Numbered from the stretch's first letter, positions 10,545 through 22,576 are shown. The stretch is 64,000 nucleotides of DNA from Calditrichia bacterium (GCA_963796965.1 CAWCNS010000016.1:160001-224000), one strand, 5' to 3'. Numbers and translations are program-made. The notes: generated by a model from the letters alone, not told the origin.

Positions 10545-11306
10545 TTGAAAATTGCCCTGGTACAATTTGATCCGGAATGGGAAAATAAAGTTGAGAGTCA
10601 GAAAAGGATACTTGCATTATTGGACAAGTTAGATTCAGATGTCTCATTGATTATTTTTCCAGAATTAACCCTAACAGGATTTACAATGCGATCAAAAAGG
10701 TTCTCGGAAGGCTTATCTGGAAAAACCATCAATTTTTTTTCTCAATTGGCAACCGACTATTCTACCCATATTATAGCCGGATTGATCGAGGCAAGTGACG
10801 AAAAATATTATAATACTTTGGTACATCTAAATGATTCCGGAAAACTTATCTCAAAATATCAAAAAATTCACCCATTTACTTTTACGGGTGAAGACAGACA
10901 TTATAGTTCTGGAAAAAATCCCACAATTACAAAGATCGGGAATATAAAAATTGGACTCAGTATCTGTTATGACCTTCGTTTTCCAGAACTTTACCGCTTT
11001 TATGCCAAAGAAAATGTTGATTTAATTGTAGATATTGCTAACTGGCCCGAGGTGCGAATCGACCATTGGTATTCTTTATTGAAGGCCAGGGCTATCGAGA
11101 ATCTATCCTATGTAATTGGTGTAAATCGTGTGGGTGAGGATAAGGCAAACCGCTATGTGGGTTGGAGTACAGTATTTCATCCCGGTGGTAAAGAATTGTT
11201 ATGTGCTAAAGATGAGGTGAAAATAGTACATACTGAGATCAATAAGGAAGTAGTAACGGAGGTTCGCACTACGTTTCCATTTCTAAATGATATTCGATTA
11301 ATTTAA
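10545..11306 (+). CDS. Carbon-nitrogen hydrolase (nitrilase/amidase family)
   Basis: FPE, YQKIH, ICYDLRFPE triad; ARAIEN. Confidence 0.93.
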   Translation: MKIALVQFDPEWENKVESQKRILALLDKLDSDVSLIIFPELTLTGFTMRSKRFSEGLSGKTINFFSQLATDYSTHIIAGLIEASDEKYYNTLVHLNDSGKLISKYQKIHPFTFTGEDRHYSSGKNPTITKIGNIKIGLSICYDLRFPELYRFYAKENVDLIVDIANWPEVRIDHWYSLLKARAIENLSYVIGVNRVGEDKANRYVGWSTVFHPGGKELLCAKDEVKIVHTEINKEVVTEVRTTFPFLNDIRLI

Positions 11307-11608
11307 AATACCAGAATCTATCAATTTGTTTCCTCATGAAATGATCTATCGATAAGTTCCCTTTCCTTTTCGTAGGGTACCATGGGTGGGGTTAAAACCA
11401 CTCAGGAAAGTCTGAAAACGTATCACTATTATCTACCCACATCCTGGTGGGCATATTCGAGTTCTCTTGAAAAGAGTCGATGTAACCAAGGCTTCCTAAG
11501 AGAAGTGAGAAATGAAGACATCGGCTGATTCTATTTTATTCATTGGATTGGAATTTCATAAACAAATGCCTGATTATAATAAATAACAAAATCATGTGAG
11601 GTGAAAAA

Positions 11609-12632
11609 TTGCGAGCCATAAATCATAAACGAATCGGCGGCCCATCTGTGTTAAAAATAACTGAAGTCCCCGATCCGGATGCCGGGAAAGGCGAAGTTCT
11701 GGTTAAATTATCATACGCAGGGATCAATTTTGCTGAAATACTTTCGAGAAAAGGACTCTATGGCTGGGCGCCCAAACGACCCTATATTCTGGGTATGGAA
11801 GGTTCGGGAATAATTGAGAAAGTCGGGGAGGGTGTTGACCCTTCCCGGATTGGTGAAAAAGTGGTTGTTGGTGTGCAGCATGGTTGTTATGCGGAAAAAA
11901 TTGCCCTTCCGGCGGCACAGGCATTGCCTGTCCTGCCCTATCTTTCCATGGAGGAGAATGCCGCCTTGTTGGTCAATTATATGACTGCCTGGGTTGCTCT
12001 TATAGAATCGGTGAAACTTCAAAAAAATGAATCGGTGTTAGTGACTGCAGCAGCGGGTGGTGTGGGAACAGCTGCTGTACAGATTGCTTCAAAATATGGC
12101 TGTCCAACATATGGAATGGTGGGCAGTATAGAAAAGATAGACCTTGTGAAAAAACTGGGGGCTACCGAGGTTTTTAATTATCGTCAAAAAAACTGGATAG
12201 AGGAATTTGAGGAAAAAATAGGGAAAGTAGATGTTGTTCTTGAAATGGTTGGCGGGGAAGTGAACAGACAGAGTCTATAAATTTCTAAATTATTTTGGCC
12301 GTTTGATTGTTGTGGGATATGCTTCTCTAAATCCCACTTTATGGAATCCAGTCTCTTGGTGGCGCACATGGCGCGATATTCCCAGAGTTGATCTTATGGA
12401 AATTGCTACGATATCTGCCGGTGCAATGGCTACTCATCTGGGCTATTTACTTAAAGATCCTGAGAAAATGACACAGGTTTATAACAGAATGAAGGATTTT
12501 CTTGTTGAGCAAAATATAAAACCCGTTGTTAGCCGGGTTTTTCCCCTTGAAGAAGCCGGGATAGCACAGGCTTTTATTGAGTCCCGACAGAGCACCGGGA
12601 AGGTTTTGCTGAAGATAAACGATCAAATATAG
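11609..12632 (+). CDS. Zinc-binding dehydrogenase / NADPH:quinone oxidoreductase family (one +1 frameshift near 12274)
   Basis: GINFAE, LGMEGSG, AAAGGVG, C-terminal STGKVLL; ORFs 11609..12280 and 12303..12632 join on removing 1 nt. Confidence 0.88.
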
Positions 12633-12870
12633 GTCAATAACACTTCTGGATTTTATTAATTGCAATATAAATTGTACAAATTTTCTTTGCGATTAAATTA
12701 GAAATTTTTTACTTTCAGCCATATTTTTGCACCTGGTCACATTTTTATTGTTCTCTCCTGTTTAAATTATATAGAGTTAAATATGACAGAATTACAAGGA
12801 ACTTGTTGCATGAATGTGAATCATCACATTCGCCCATGGAATTCAATAGTTTAATCAGAAAGGAAATGGT

Positions 12871-13173
12871 GTGAAGATTTATATTGACAATCTGGCTGAA
12901 AGCGTAAATGAAAAAGATTTAAGGAATGCTTTTGAAAAATATGGCGATGTCAATTCCATCGAGGTACAAAAGCATCGATTTGGGAATAAACGCAGGGGGT
13001 ATGCATATCTGGATATGCCGAGTGATGAGGATGCCATGAAGGCCATGAAGGCATTATATGGGCATAATATCAAAGGTACCCCAATAAAAGTCAATCAGGC
13101 GCGAACGGGACCCAAGGATCGTAGAAACAGTTCCAGGGGGGGAAGGCGTCTAACAGATTCACCCATTGTGTAA
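12871..13173 (+). CDS. RRM-domain RNA-binding protein
   Basis: KIYIDNL (RNP2), RGYAYLDM (RNP1), IKVNQAR, basic/Gly tail. Confidence 0.9.
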   Translation: MKIYIDNLAESVNEKDLRNAFEKYGDVNSIEVQKHRFGNKRRGYAYLDMPSDEDAMKAMKALYGHNIKGTPIKVNQARTGPKDRRNSSRGGRRLTDSPIV

Positions 13174-13242
13174 AAGACTTTGTAATTACATTTTTAAATT
13201 TGTTTCCGAACATTTCGCTCGATGAATCAGAAAGGAGATATA

Positions 13243-13774
13243 ATGAATGATTTAATTATTCGTATGATTAGGGCTGCCAAACTTGATGTTAATTTGTATG
13301 AAGAGGTTGAAGCAGACAAAGGAACTATGGGACAGGCTACGTTGGTGGTTGTCCTATCCAGTCTTGCGGCGGGAATTGGCAGTATGGCTTTATTAGGTAT
13401 CGGTGGTGTCATTGGTACGGTTCTTTTAGCATTAGTTGGTTGGTATATTTGGGCATATCTTACTTTTCTCATTGGCACAAAATTATTACCTGAACCTCAG
13501 ACAGAAGCCGATTTGGGGCAAATGTTGAGAACTATTGGATTTGCCAGCTCTCCTGGCTTAATCAGAATATTAGGAATTATCCCCGGATTAAATATTATAG
13601 TAAATTTAGTGGCCTCTATCTGGATGCTCGTGGCTATGGTTATTGCTGTTCGCCAGGCCTTGGATTATAAAGGCACTCTCCGAGTCTGTCTTGGTCTGTG
13701 TCATTGGGTTTATTATCTACCTTATAATCATGATGCTTATCACGTCATTATTTGGATCTCCCTATCCTGCTTAG
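13243..13774 (+). CDS. Yip1-family membrane protein (one +1 frameshift near 13685)
   Basis: LYEEVEAD, LRTIGFASSPG, IAVRQALD; alternative frame gives RAVLVCVIGF...SPYPA* at 13772-13774. Confidence 0.8.
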
Positions 13775-13782
13775 GAATCAGT

Positions 13783-14355
13783 ATGTTTCGTGAATTATTA
13801 CTTAAAAACAGAAGTTGTCGGCGATTTTATGAAAAGGAGGCTGTGAGTGACGAGATCCTCAAGGAATTGATTGATCTTGCTCGAATAGCACCATCCGCAT
13901 CAAATTTGCAGCCCCTAAAGTATGTTGTCAGCAACAATCCTGAAATGAATAACAAAATATTCCCCCATTTAAGTTGGGCTGGTTACCTAACAAATTGGTC
14001 AGGGCCCAAAACAGGCGAACGTCCGGCCGCTTATATTATAATACTTGGGGATACATCCGTTGTAAAATCATTTAATTGTGATCATGGCATTGCGGCACAA
14101 ACTTTATTGCTTGGTGCCTGTGAAAAAGATTTAAAAGGGTGCATCATAGGATCTATCAATCGGGAAGCCATATATAAAGCGTTGAAAATACCTCCGATGT
14201 ATAAGATTTTACTCATCATTGCCCTTGGCAAGCCAAGGGAGGAGATTGTACTCGAAAGCGTAAAAGAGGATGGTGATATAAGATATTGGCGTGATGATAA
14301 TAATGTCCATCATGTTCCAAAAAGAAATCTTGATGACATTATTTTAAAATTATAA
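13783..14355 (+). CDS. Nitroreductase family protein
   Basis: RSCRRF, APSASNLQP, DHGIAAQ, HHVPKR; own ATG at 13783. Confidence 0.9.
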   Translation: MFRELLLKNRSCRRFYEKEAVSDEILKELIDLARIAPSASNLQPLKYVVSNNPEMNNKIFPHLSWAGYLTNWSGPKTGERPAAYIIILGDTSVVKSFNCDHGIAAQTLLLGACEKDLKGCIIGSINREAIYKALKIPPMYKILLIIALGKPREEIVLESVKEDGDIRYWRDDNNVHHVPKRNLDDIILKL

Positions 14356-14639
14356 TATCTGAAAATATAGATTTCTCATTTAGAAGATTTTGTGCTGTGG
14401 TCTGACGATGCTTTCTAATGATTAAATAATAAATTTATAGATCGTTTCCAGATGAAAGACTATCACAAAATCAAGTATCTATATGCTTGAGAAAATCAAT
14501 ATATCCTACTCTGACTCTCTTCCTGATTTATCATATTTATAGAAGTGAAGACAATATCCAGATCAAAATAGAAAATGTTGTAATTACAATTCTTCTTTCA
14601 AATAGTCCCCAAATAATAACCTATTTATGATGTGCTACT

Positions 14640-15998
14640 ATGACGAATAAATCCTTCCGGTTCACAAGCCACTTTTTTATTTTTATCCTATTACTTTTCT
14701 CATTAGGGTTTTCTACCCTTCAGGGAGATAAAGATGATCTAGCTATGCGTGCAGTGAATTTTGTCAAATTTCTTTCGACAAGCGAGTATGAAACCGCCGT
14801 TTCATATTTTGATTCGAATGTTAAGAATCTGATAACCCGTAATAAACTAGAGAATATATGGATAGATATAACAGGTAAGGTCGGGGCCTTCAAATCAATT
14901 AAAAAAGTGAAGCAGGTAAAACAAGGCAACTATCAAATAATATTTGTCACCTGTAAGTTTGAATTAATGGACCTTGATATAAAACTTTCTTTTAATGATG
15001 GCAATGAAATCGCTGGAATGTATTTTGTCCCCGCTGCTTCAGGAACTGAATATAAAACACCGCCATATGTCTTGCCGGGGAAGTTTAAAAATGAGTTAGT
15101 TAGTTTTGGTGCGGATCCTTGGAAATTACCCGGAACGCTATCCATTCCAAATAAATCTAAATTACACCCTGTTGTTATACTGGTTCATGGATCAGGCCCG
15201 AATGATAGGGATGAAACCATTGGACCAAACAAACCTTTCCGCGATATTGCCGAAGGACTTGCCAGCAAAGAAATCGCTGTGCTGCGGTATGAAAAACGTA
15301 CAAAGCATCACCAGGCTGCAATCTCGGAGATGAAAAACAGTATGACTGTAAATGAAGAGACAGTTATAGATGCTCTTGCTGCAATCGAATTTCTATGTGC
15401 AAGAGAGGATATTGATCGGGAAAGAATCTTTTTATTGGGACATAGCCTTGGCGGAATGATGGTGCCCAGGATTGGTTTAAAAGATTCTGTATGTACTGGT
15501 TTTATCCTATTGGCTGCACCAAACAGGCCTCTGGAAGACGCTATCCTGGATCAAATAACCTATATTTTTAATCTTGATAGTGTCTATTCTGAAGAAGAAA
15601 TGACTAAAATTCAGGAAATTAAGATGCAGGTCAATCGGGTTAAGCAACCAAATCTAAGTACAGATATGCCGGCTGATAGTCTGCCTTTAGGAATAAGCGC
15701 TCGTTATTGGCTTGATTTGAGAGATTATAAACCTTCCGAAGAGGCAAGGAATCTAAAACGTCCCCTATTAATCCTTCATGGTGAAAGAGACTATCAGGTG
15801 ACTTCCGCCGATCTTACGGGTTGGAGAAAAAATCTCGCCTATGAAAATGATGTCGAAATTATAGTTTTTCCGGGTTTAAATCATCTTTTTATAACCGGTG
15901 ATGGCCCAAGCCGACCAGAAGAGTACATGAAATCTGGAAATGTTGCGCCTGAGGTAATCCAGACCATTGTAAATTGGATTGAGGGTCTCGAGAATTAA
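14640..15998 (+). CDS. Secreted alpha/beta hydrolase with DUF3887-like N-terminal domain
   Basis: Signal peptide, VHGSGPNDRDE, GHSLG, GERDYQV, LNHLF. Confidence 0.88.
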   Translation: MTNKSFRFTSHFFIFILLLFSLGFSTLQGDKDDLAMRAVNFVKFLSTSEYETAVSYFDSNVKNLITRNKLENIWIDITGKVGAFKSIKKVKQVKQGNYQIIFVTCKFELMDLDIKLSFNDGNEIAGMYFVPAASGTEYKTPPYVLPGKFKNELVSFGADPWKLPGTLSIPNKSKLHPVVILVHGSGPNDRDETIGPNKPFRDIAEGLASKEIAVLRYEKRTKHHQAAISEMKNSMTVNEETVIDALAAIEFLCAREDIDRERIFLLGHSLGGMMVPRIGLKDSVCTGFILLAAPNRPLEDAILDQITYIFNLDSVYSEEEMTKIQEIKMQVNRVKQPNLSTDMPADSLPLGISARYWLDLRDYKPSEEARNLKRPLLILHGERDYQVTSADLTGWRKNLAYENDVEIIVFPGLNHLFITGDGPSRPEEYMKSGNVAPEVIQTIVNWIEGLEN

Positions 15999-16002
15999 CA
16001 AT

Positions 16003-17217
16003 ATGAAATCTATCCTAGTATATATTTTTATTATCGTTATATACTCCTTTAATGATTTGATTGCGCAGGAGCAGTTGTTTAACTCCTTTAATGGGACCAG
16101 TGCGCGGGCAGCAGGGATGGGCCAGGCCTATACTGCTCTCGTCGATGATCCCACGGCTATCTACTGGAATCCTGCAGCAATGAGCATTATTAAAAATGGT
16201 TATGCCGGGTTAATGTTAAGGCGTGGCAGCAAATCATTTTCTTCGAATACAGATAATTCCCCCTATATTAAAAATTGGGAAGTATCAGCCAGACCCGTCA
16301 CTGATCTTGGTTTTTTGGGAATTGTATTCCCTTTTCATGCCGGGATAGCAAACACAACCCTGGGAGTCGGAGTTAGAAGAAGTGTTGCTTTTCCACAGGA
16401 GCAAACAGAGGAAATAATCAATAATCATGACGAAAACTATAAATTAAATTATAATCATGATGGAGAGTTGAGTGTATTTACAGTGGCAATTTCTCTCAGT
16501 CTGAGTGAAAAGTTGTCTTTGGGGGGTACTTTTAACTTTTATACCGGTGAGGAAGTTTTGAGTCTCAAATCATCAAACCAAGGCGCCGGAGAAGAAGTAT
16601 TATATAATATTACCCAGGAATATTCACGAACGTCTTTCGATATGGGTGTCCGCTATCAATATCAACACAACTGGATCTTTGGTTTAAAAATTAACTTCCC
16701 TTTTACTCTGGCTATCAAACAAACCATTGGTCTGACCAATCCGGTTGTCAGGAGTGAACTGATTTCTTTTCCCTTATATTTTAATTTAGCTGCGGCGTAT
16801 CTTATAAATGAGGACATTAAAATTACTGCAGATTATTTTTACAGACCGTGGCAATTAGTGAAAATGAATTCACTGGAATCAGAATATCAATTAACCGAAC
16901 ATTCCCTCCATTCACTACATCTTGGAGGGGAATATTTAATGGCTATTTTTGAAATGCCTTTAGCCCTTCGCCTTGGTTATTATGCTGTTCCCACTCTCTT
17001 CACAAATAGTTCAAATGTTCAACGGGTTAATCATGCTTTGACTGCTGGAGTAGGTTATCCTGGTAACTGGATAATCATAAATTTTGGGCTGGAATGGATT
17101 CCTGCCACCTATAAGACAGACGCTTTGAGTAATAGTGTTTCCAATATCCCTTCAGATATATCAATAGAGACTCGGACTATACAGATCAGTTTTGATCTTT
17201 TTTTGCGAATCACCTAA
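16003..17217 (+). CDS. Outer-membrane beta-barrel protein (FadL/PorV-like)
   Basis: Signal peptide, SARAAGMGQAYTAL.DDPTAIYWNPA, alternating beta-strand pattern. Confidence 0.75.
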   Translation: MKSILVYIFIIVIYSFNDLIAQEQLFNSFNGTSARAAGMGQAYTALVDDPTAIYWNPAAMSIIKNGYAGLMLRRGSKSFSSNTDNSPYIKNWEVSARPVTDLGFLGIVFPFHAGIANTTLGVGVRRSVAFPQEQTEEIINNHDENYKLNYNHDGELSVFTVAISLSLSEKLSLGGTFNFYTGEEVLSLKSSNQGAGEEVLYNITQEYSRTSFDMGVRYQYQHNWIFGLKINFPFTLAIKQTIGLTNPVVRSELISFPLYFNLAAAYLINEDIKITADYFYRPWQLVKMNSLESEYQLTEHSLHSLHLGGEYLMAIFEMPLALRLGYYAVPTLFTNSSNVQRVNHALTAGVGYPGNWIIINFGLEWIPATYKTDALSNSVSNIPSDISIETRTIQISFDLFLRIT

Positions 17218-17292
17218 TTTATCTCTATCGTTATTTTCATTAATTACTTGTTATGTTTTTTATAAGTTTGTTTTCAGGAGATCACTATCAAT

Positions 17293-18561
17293 ATGAAACG
17301 AATCCAACATTTAATATTATATATTTTTGTTTTTAGCACGCTTTCACTTTCTCTCGCCCAGCAGAACCCCGTCAATCACGAACGGGCAAATGATATTGAG
17401 ATAAAGCTGGTTACCATCGGTCCAGGCGATGACCTTACCTCATGGTGGGGACATACGGCAGTGATTGTCGATGATAAACGTCTAAATTCATCCTTATTTT
17501 ATAATTATGGGTTATTTTCTTTTGATCAGGACAACTTTATAATCAATTTTGCCATGGGACGTCTGATTTTTTGGGTGGCTGCATGGAATACCCGCGACGC
17601 CCTTGCTCATTATTTGAGTCTTAACAGGGATATTAGGATGCAAGTTCTCGATCTGACCCCCGAAAAAAAGATAAAAATGGTTAAATTCCTGGCAAATAAC
17701 ATTAGGCCTGAAAACAGATCCTATTTATATCATCATTATCGGGATAATTGTTCTACCCGTGTACGAGATCTGATTGATCATGTGCTGGATGGTCAGTTCT
17801 TTCCCGAAATGCAAAATACCTCTATCTATACATTCAGGCAGCATACCATAAGACATACAGATCGTAGTTTTGTAATGAATTGGATTCTAATGTTTTTAAT
17901 GAGCGATAATATTGATCAGGAAATATTTGTTTGGGATGACATGTTTTTACCCGAAGAGATGGAAAAGAACGTGGATAAAATTTTCTATATGGATGAGAAT
18001 GGAACCAGGCGCAAGTTAGTTAAATCCTCCTACCCTTATTATGAGGCAAAGAACAGAGCATCATTACCAAAGGGAGTTCCGGTCAACTGGCCGCTAGGCT
18101 TGTTTTATGGTATATTACTGGGATTAATTGCCCTTGTGTCGGGGGTATTATTGGATAAGGGTTATAACTACTCAAACCATCTATTTGGTAGCTTCCATAT
18201 TATAATTGGTGGGATTTTTGGAGTTCCCGGTCTGGTTTTGTTCTTTTTAAATTTCTTTACCGATCACACCGTCACCTATAATAACGAAAATCTTTTACTT
18301 TCAAATCCGTTAACATTTCTGTATCTACCCCTGGGCATCTTTTTAATTTTAGGTAAAAAATTTAGTCATCGATGGCTCTCCATCCTATCTTACCTCCTTG
18401 CAGGGTCAGGATTGTTGTTATTGATTTTGAAAATATTACCAGCATTTGATCAAAGAAACGAATTGTCAATTGCTTTAATCCTTCCTGTCTCAATTGGTAT
18501 GGCAGTTTCGTGGTATCTCCAGGGTAAAGATCTTTTCGGTGAGCCTAAAATAGATCAATGA
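17293..18561 (+). CDS. DUF4105 / Lnb-type lipoprotein N-acyltransferase-like membrane protein
   Basis: LVTIGPG, WGHTA, YNYGLF, Y.YHHYRDNCSTR, FLP and five C-terminal TM helices. Confidence 0.8.
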   Translation: MKRIQHLILYIFVFSTLSLSLAQQNPVNHERANDIEIKLVTIGPGDDLTSWWGHTAVIVDDKRLNSSLFYNYGLFSFDQDNFIINFAMGRLIFWVAAWNTRDALAHYLSLNRDIRMQVLDLTPEKKIKMVKFLANNIRPENRSYLYHHYRDNCSTRVRDLIDHVLDGQFFPEMQNTSIYTFRQHTIRHTDRSFVMNWILMFLMSDNIDQEIFVWDDMFLPEEMEKNVDKIFYMDENGTRRKLVKSSYPYYEAKNRASLPKGVPVNWPLGLFYGILLGLIALVSGVLLDKGYNYSNHLFGSFHIIIGGIFGVPGLVLFFLNFFTDHTVTYNNENLLLSNPLTFLYLPLGIFLILGKKFSHRWLSILSYLLAGSGLLLLILKILPAFDQRNELSIALILPVSIGMAVSWYLQGKDLFGEPKIDQ

Positions 18562-18654
18562 CTAATATTATAAAGATCTTCATAAATCTGTAAAAGATTT
18601 GTATTTCTCTGCGTTGTTCCATTTACTTGAATTTCTAATCCAATTTAATTATCA

Positions 18655-19956
18655 ATGAATAAAAGAATATTAAAATTAGTTATACCTAATATTATCAGCA
18701 ATTTAACTGTCCCGCTTCTTAGCTCGGTTGATACGGCTTTGATGGGTCACCTGAGTGAAATATATTATTTAGGGGCCATAGCTGTCGGTGGAATGATCTT
18801 TAACTTTATTTATTGGGGGTTTGGATTTCTACGGATGGGAACCACAGGACTTACGGCCCAGGCTTATGGCAAAAAAGATGATAATGAAAGTATTAATACT
18901 TTAGGGAGAGCGCTCTTAACCGCCCTTGTATTCAGCCTGGTTTTAATCTTGCTCAGAAAACAAATTATTGATATCAGTTTTTTGATCATAGACGCGAGTC
19001 CCCAGGTGGAAATACATGGACGGATTTATTTTTCGATACGTATTTTGGCTGCACCGGCAACGTTGAGTCTTTATGCCGTTACGGGATGGTTTCTCGGGAT
19101 GCAAAATGCCCGATTTCCTCTAATACTCGCATTGGTTATCAATATTTGTAATATTCTTTTTAATCTGCTTTTTATAAAGTATTTTTCTATGACTGTTGAT
19201 GGTGTGGCGCTTGGAACTGTCTTTGCAAATTATATTGGCGTAATAACGGCATATATTCTGATTATAAAATCATATAAGAATCTGTTAAAAAAACTAAATT
19301 TAAGTACAATACTAAATGCTGGGTTATTTAGGAAATTTTTCAAAGTCAGCCGCGACATTTTTATCCGAACCCTGATTCTTATTTTTGCTTTCTCCTTTTT
19401 TACAGCTGTTTCAGCGAAAAGCGGGGATTTGATACTTGCTGCTAATACGATTCTTATAAACCTGTGGACAATAATGGCCTATGGGATTGATGGTTTTGCC
19501 TTTGCGGCCGAGAGTCTGATCGGAAGATACTTCGGTGCGAATGACAGAAAGCGATTAAATAAAGCAGTTGGATTGTCATTTAGTTGGGGATTTGGGCTGG
19601 CACTTTTATTTACAATAACTTACTTTGTTGTTCCTGAATGGATTTTAGGAATTTTTACTAACAAACAGGATGTTATTAACCTGGCACTTCAATTGATGCT
19701 CTGGACCCAGTTAGCACCTTTAATTAGTTGTTTTTGTTATATTTGGGATGGTGTGTTTATTGGGGCAACGGCCACAGCAGCCATGCGTAACTCTATGATC
19801 GTAAGTTTAATTGTGTTTTATTTGCCTGTTTATTACCTAACACGTGACTTCTTTGGTATTCAGGCATTATGGGTTTCATTGACAGTATTTATGCTTGTCC
19901 GGGGTGCTACCTTAGCTTTATTATATAGGCCTGCCATACTAAATAAAATTAACTAA
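18655..19956 (+). CDS. MATE family exporter (DinF-like)
   Basis: PNIISNLTVPLLSSVDTA, FGFLRMGTTGLTAQA; about 12 TM helices. Confidence 0.93.
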   Translation: MNKRILKLVIPNIISNLTVPLLSSVDTALMGHLSEIYYLGAIAVGGMIFNFIYWGFGFLRMGTTGLTAQAYGKKDDNESINTLGRALLTALVFSLVLILLRKQIIDISFLIIDASPQVEIHGRIYFSIRILAAPATLSLYAVTGWFLGMQNARFPLILALVINICNILFNLLFIKYFSMTVDGVALGTVFANYIGVITAYILIIKSYKNLLKKLNLSTILNAGLFRKFFKVSRDIFIRTLILIFAFSFFTAVSAKSGDLILAANTILINLWTIMAYGIDGFAFAAESLIGRYFGANDRKRLNKAVGLSFSWGFGLALLFTITYFVVPEWILGIFTNKQDVINLALQLMLWTQLAPLISCFCYIWDGVFIGATATAAMRNSMIVSLIVFYLPVYYLTRDFFGIQALWVSLTVFMLVRGATLALLYRPAILNKIN

Positions 19957-20217
19957 ACTGAGAATCAAAGGTAAAGTTCTTTTTTCTCGGGAACATTAAT
20001 GAGGCCATCTGGTTGATAAATGAAATATTCAGATTCGTTTCGAGGGAATTTATATTGGAATGATTCATTTAAAAAGATAGATTTTACATACTTGCGATAG
20101 CCTGTGAATTCTTATTAAATTAAGGGTCTCGTGAATGTTGGGTAGGAATAGAGTGGAAATAAATATACTTTATTGAAATGAAGATATATACCAAAAACTT
20201 TTTTAAGGAATTTGATT

Positions 20218-20421
20218 ATGGATTTGAAAGTACAGGTTGAAGAGGCACCGGTAAAATTCCAGGAAATTATGCAGCATATTATGCGAGGTAAAGACGTCGT
20301 TATTATGGATAAGCAAAAGGCAGTAGCGCGCATAGTACCTATCTCGTCTGATCAGGAATCACAAAAAGATGATAAATGGACAAGCGATGATTTTGATATT
20401 CAACTATCAAAGGATCTATAA
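20218..20421 (+). CDS. Phd/YefM-family antitoxin-like protein, no adjacent toxin
   Basis: EA...F.EI....RG.DVVI.....VARIVP and C-terminal SDDFD motif. Confidence 0.65.
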   Translation: MDLKVQVEEAPVKFQEIMQHIMRGKDVVIMDKQKAVARIVPISSDQESQKDDKWTSDDFDIQLSKDL

Positions 20422-20626
20422 ATCGATTTAGATTTTTCATGGATTCTGTAACTAAATGAATATATTGATAATCTAAATGACTAATAGCTCGGATAAATAA
20501 GGTTTCATAAGTTTCGTTAATAAATTAAAAAAAGATTATATAATAATCGAGATATAATATAACACCTGTTCTGAGAATTCAGGACAGGATTATACGTTTT
20601 ATTTATTTAAGGAGGTATCATCGAAG

Positions 20627-22556
20627 ATGGAGAAACAAACATATAAATTTAAAGTCTGAAATAAAACAATTATTGGATATTCTTACACACTCTCTTTACA
20701 CAAACAAGGAAATATTTTTAAGAGAGTTGATCTCCAATGCATCAGATGCTTTGGAGAAAGTACATCTGGAAACATTGAGCGGTGAAAAGGTGTATGATGA
20801 TAAGTTGCCCTTAGAAATCGTAATTTCGATGGATGAGAAAAAAAATATTTTAACATTGACTGATACCGGTATCGGAATGACCGATAAAGAATTGATTAAG
20901 AATATCGGCACGATAGCAAAATCGGGTACAGCAGAATTTTTAAAGAAGGTATCCGGCGAAAAGGAAGAAAGTACCAGTATTATTGGTAAGTTTGGGGTCG
21001 GTTTTTATTCCGTGTTTATGGTAGCGGATCATGTAGTTATCACAAGTCGTTCTTTTCAGGAAGATGCCAAGCCGGTAAGATGGTATTCTGAAGGTGTTGG
21101 CACTTTTGAGCTTGAGATTATTGATGAGAAAATCCCCCGCGGTACAACAATTGAGATTCACCTGAAGGAGGATGACAAACAGTATACTGCAAAATGGCAA
21201 CTGGAGCAAACCATTAAAAAACATTCAAATTTTATTCCCTTCCCGATAATCATTGAAAAAGAACAGGTTAATAAAGTTCGGGCGATTTGGCGCGAACCAA
21301 AGTTCCAGATAAAAAAAGAAGAATATGAAGAGTTTTATAAATTTTTAACCTATGATAGTCAGCCTCCACTTGATACTTTGCATGTGTCTATTGATGCCCC
21401 GGTTCAATATAATAGTCTGATGTTTATTCCATCAAATAATCAGGATTTTATGATGAGCGGGGAAACTGAACGTGGATTGGATCTCTATGTTAAAAGGGTT
21501 CTGATACAGCACGAGTATAAAGAAGTATTACCTGAATATTTACGCTTTATACGGGGTGTTGTTGATTCTGAAGATATCCCACTTAATATCTCCAGAGAGA
21601 CATTGCAGGAGAATCTGGTTGTAACGAAAATAAAATCTAATCTGGTAACCCAGGTCTTATCTCATCTCAAAAAGATGGCTAAGGATGATAGCGATAAATA
21701 TGCAAAGTTTTGGAAAGAATTTAGCCGGCAGTTCAAACTGGGTTATTCTGATTTTCAGAATAAAGATAAATATGCTGAATTACTTCGTTTTAATTCTTCT
21801 TCTGTTACGAATGAAGATGATCTTGTATCCCTGGCAGATTATTCAGGTCGCCTGAAAGCAGATCAAAAAGAAATATATTATCTGTTTGCCACCAACCGTG
21901 AGGCCGTTTTGTCTAATCCGCACCTTGAGATTTTTAAGAAGAAAGAAATAGAAGTTTTATATATGTATGACCCGATCGATGAGTTTGTAATGGAAGCATT
22001 GGCCAAATATCAGGATTATGAACTTGTTTCGGTTGAAAAAGCGGATCTTGGTAAGGTAGAAAAATTTGCAGATCAAAAAGAAGAGAAACAGAAAAAATCA
22101 CTTAGTAAGGATGATGAAAAGTCCTTCGATAAGTTATTACGCAGAATAAAAGACATCTTGGGTGAGAAGGTTACCGAAGTGAAAGAATCAAAACGACTAA
22201 CCGATAGCCCCGCCTGTTTAGTCAGTCCGGACGGCACGATGACTTCCGGAATGCAGAGGATAATGCAGTTGATGAACAAGGATGATTCAATTCCTCAAAA
22301 AGTCATGGAAATTAACAAGGATCACCCTCTTGTCCGCAATCTGCTTATGATTTATAAAAATGATGTAAATGACCCGCATTTGATTCGAGTCTCTGAGCAG
22401 TTGTTTGAATCTTCTTTACTTCTTGAAGGCTATTTAAAAGATGCACATACAATGGTTAATCGAATTGAAAAATTATTAGAAACCTCTACTGAATGGTATG
22501 TAAAAGAAAAAACACCACCTGCCAAGAAGACAACAACAAAGAAAAAATCGAACTAA
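20627..22556 (+). CDS. htpG: Molecular chaperone HtpG (one +1 frameshift near 20655)
   Basis: AAGGAGG RBS, ATG 20627 MEKQTYKF then EIKQLLDIL; IFLRELISNASDA, IGKFGVGFYS, LNISRE. Confidence 0.96.
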
Positions 22557-22576
22557 AATTCCTCGAATCGAAGACT

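Noticed and set aside
13222..14355. Apparent Yip1-nitroreductase fusion protein
   Set aside because: One extra base near 13685 explains it; the corrected Yip1 stops at 13774 and the nitroreductase has its own ATG at 13783
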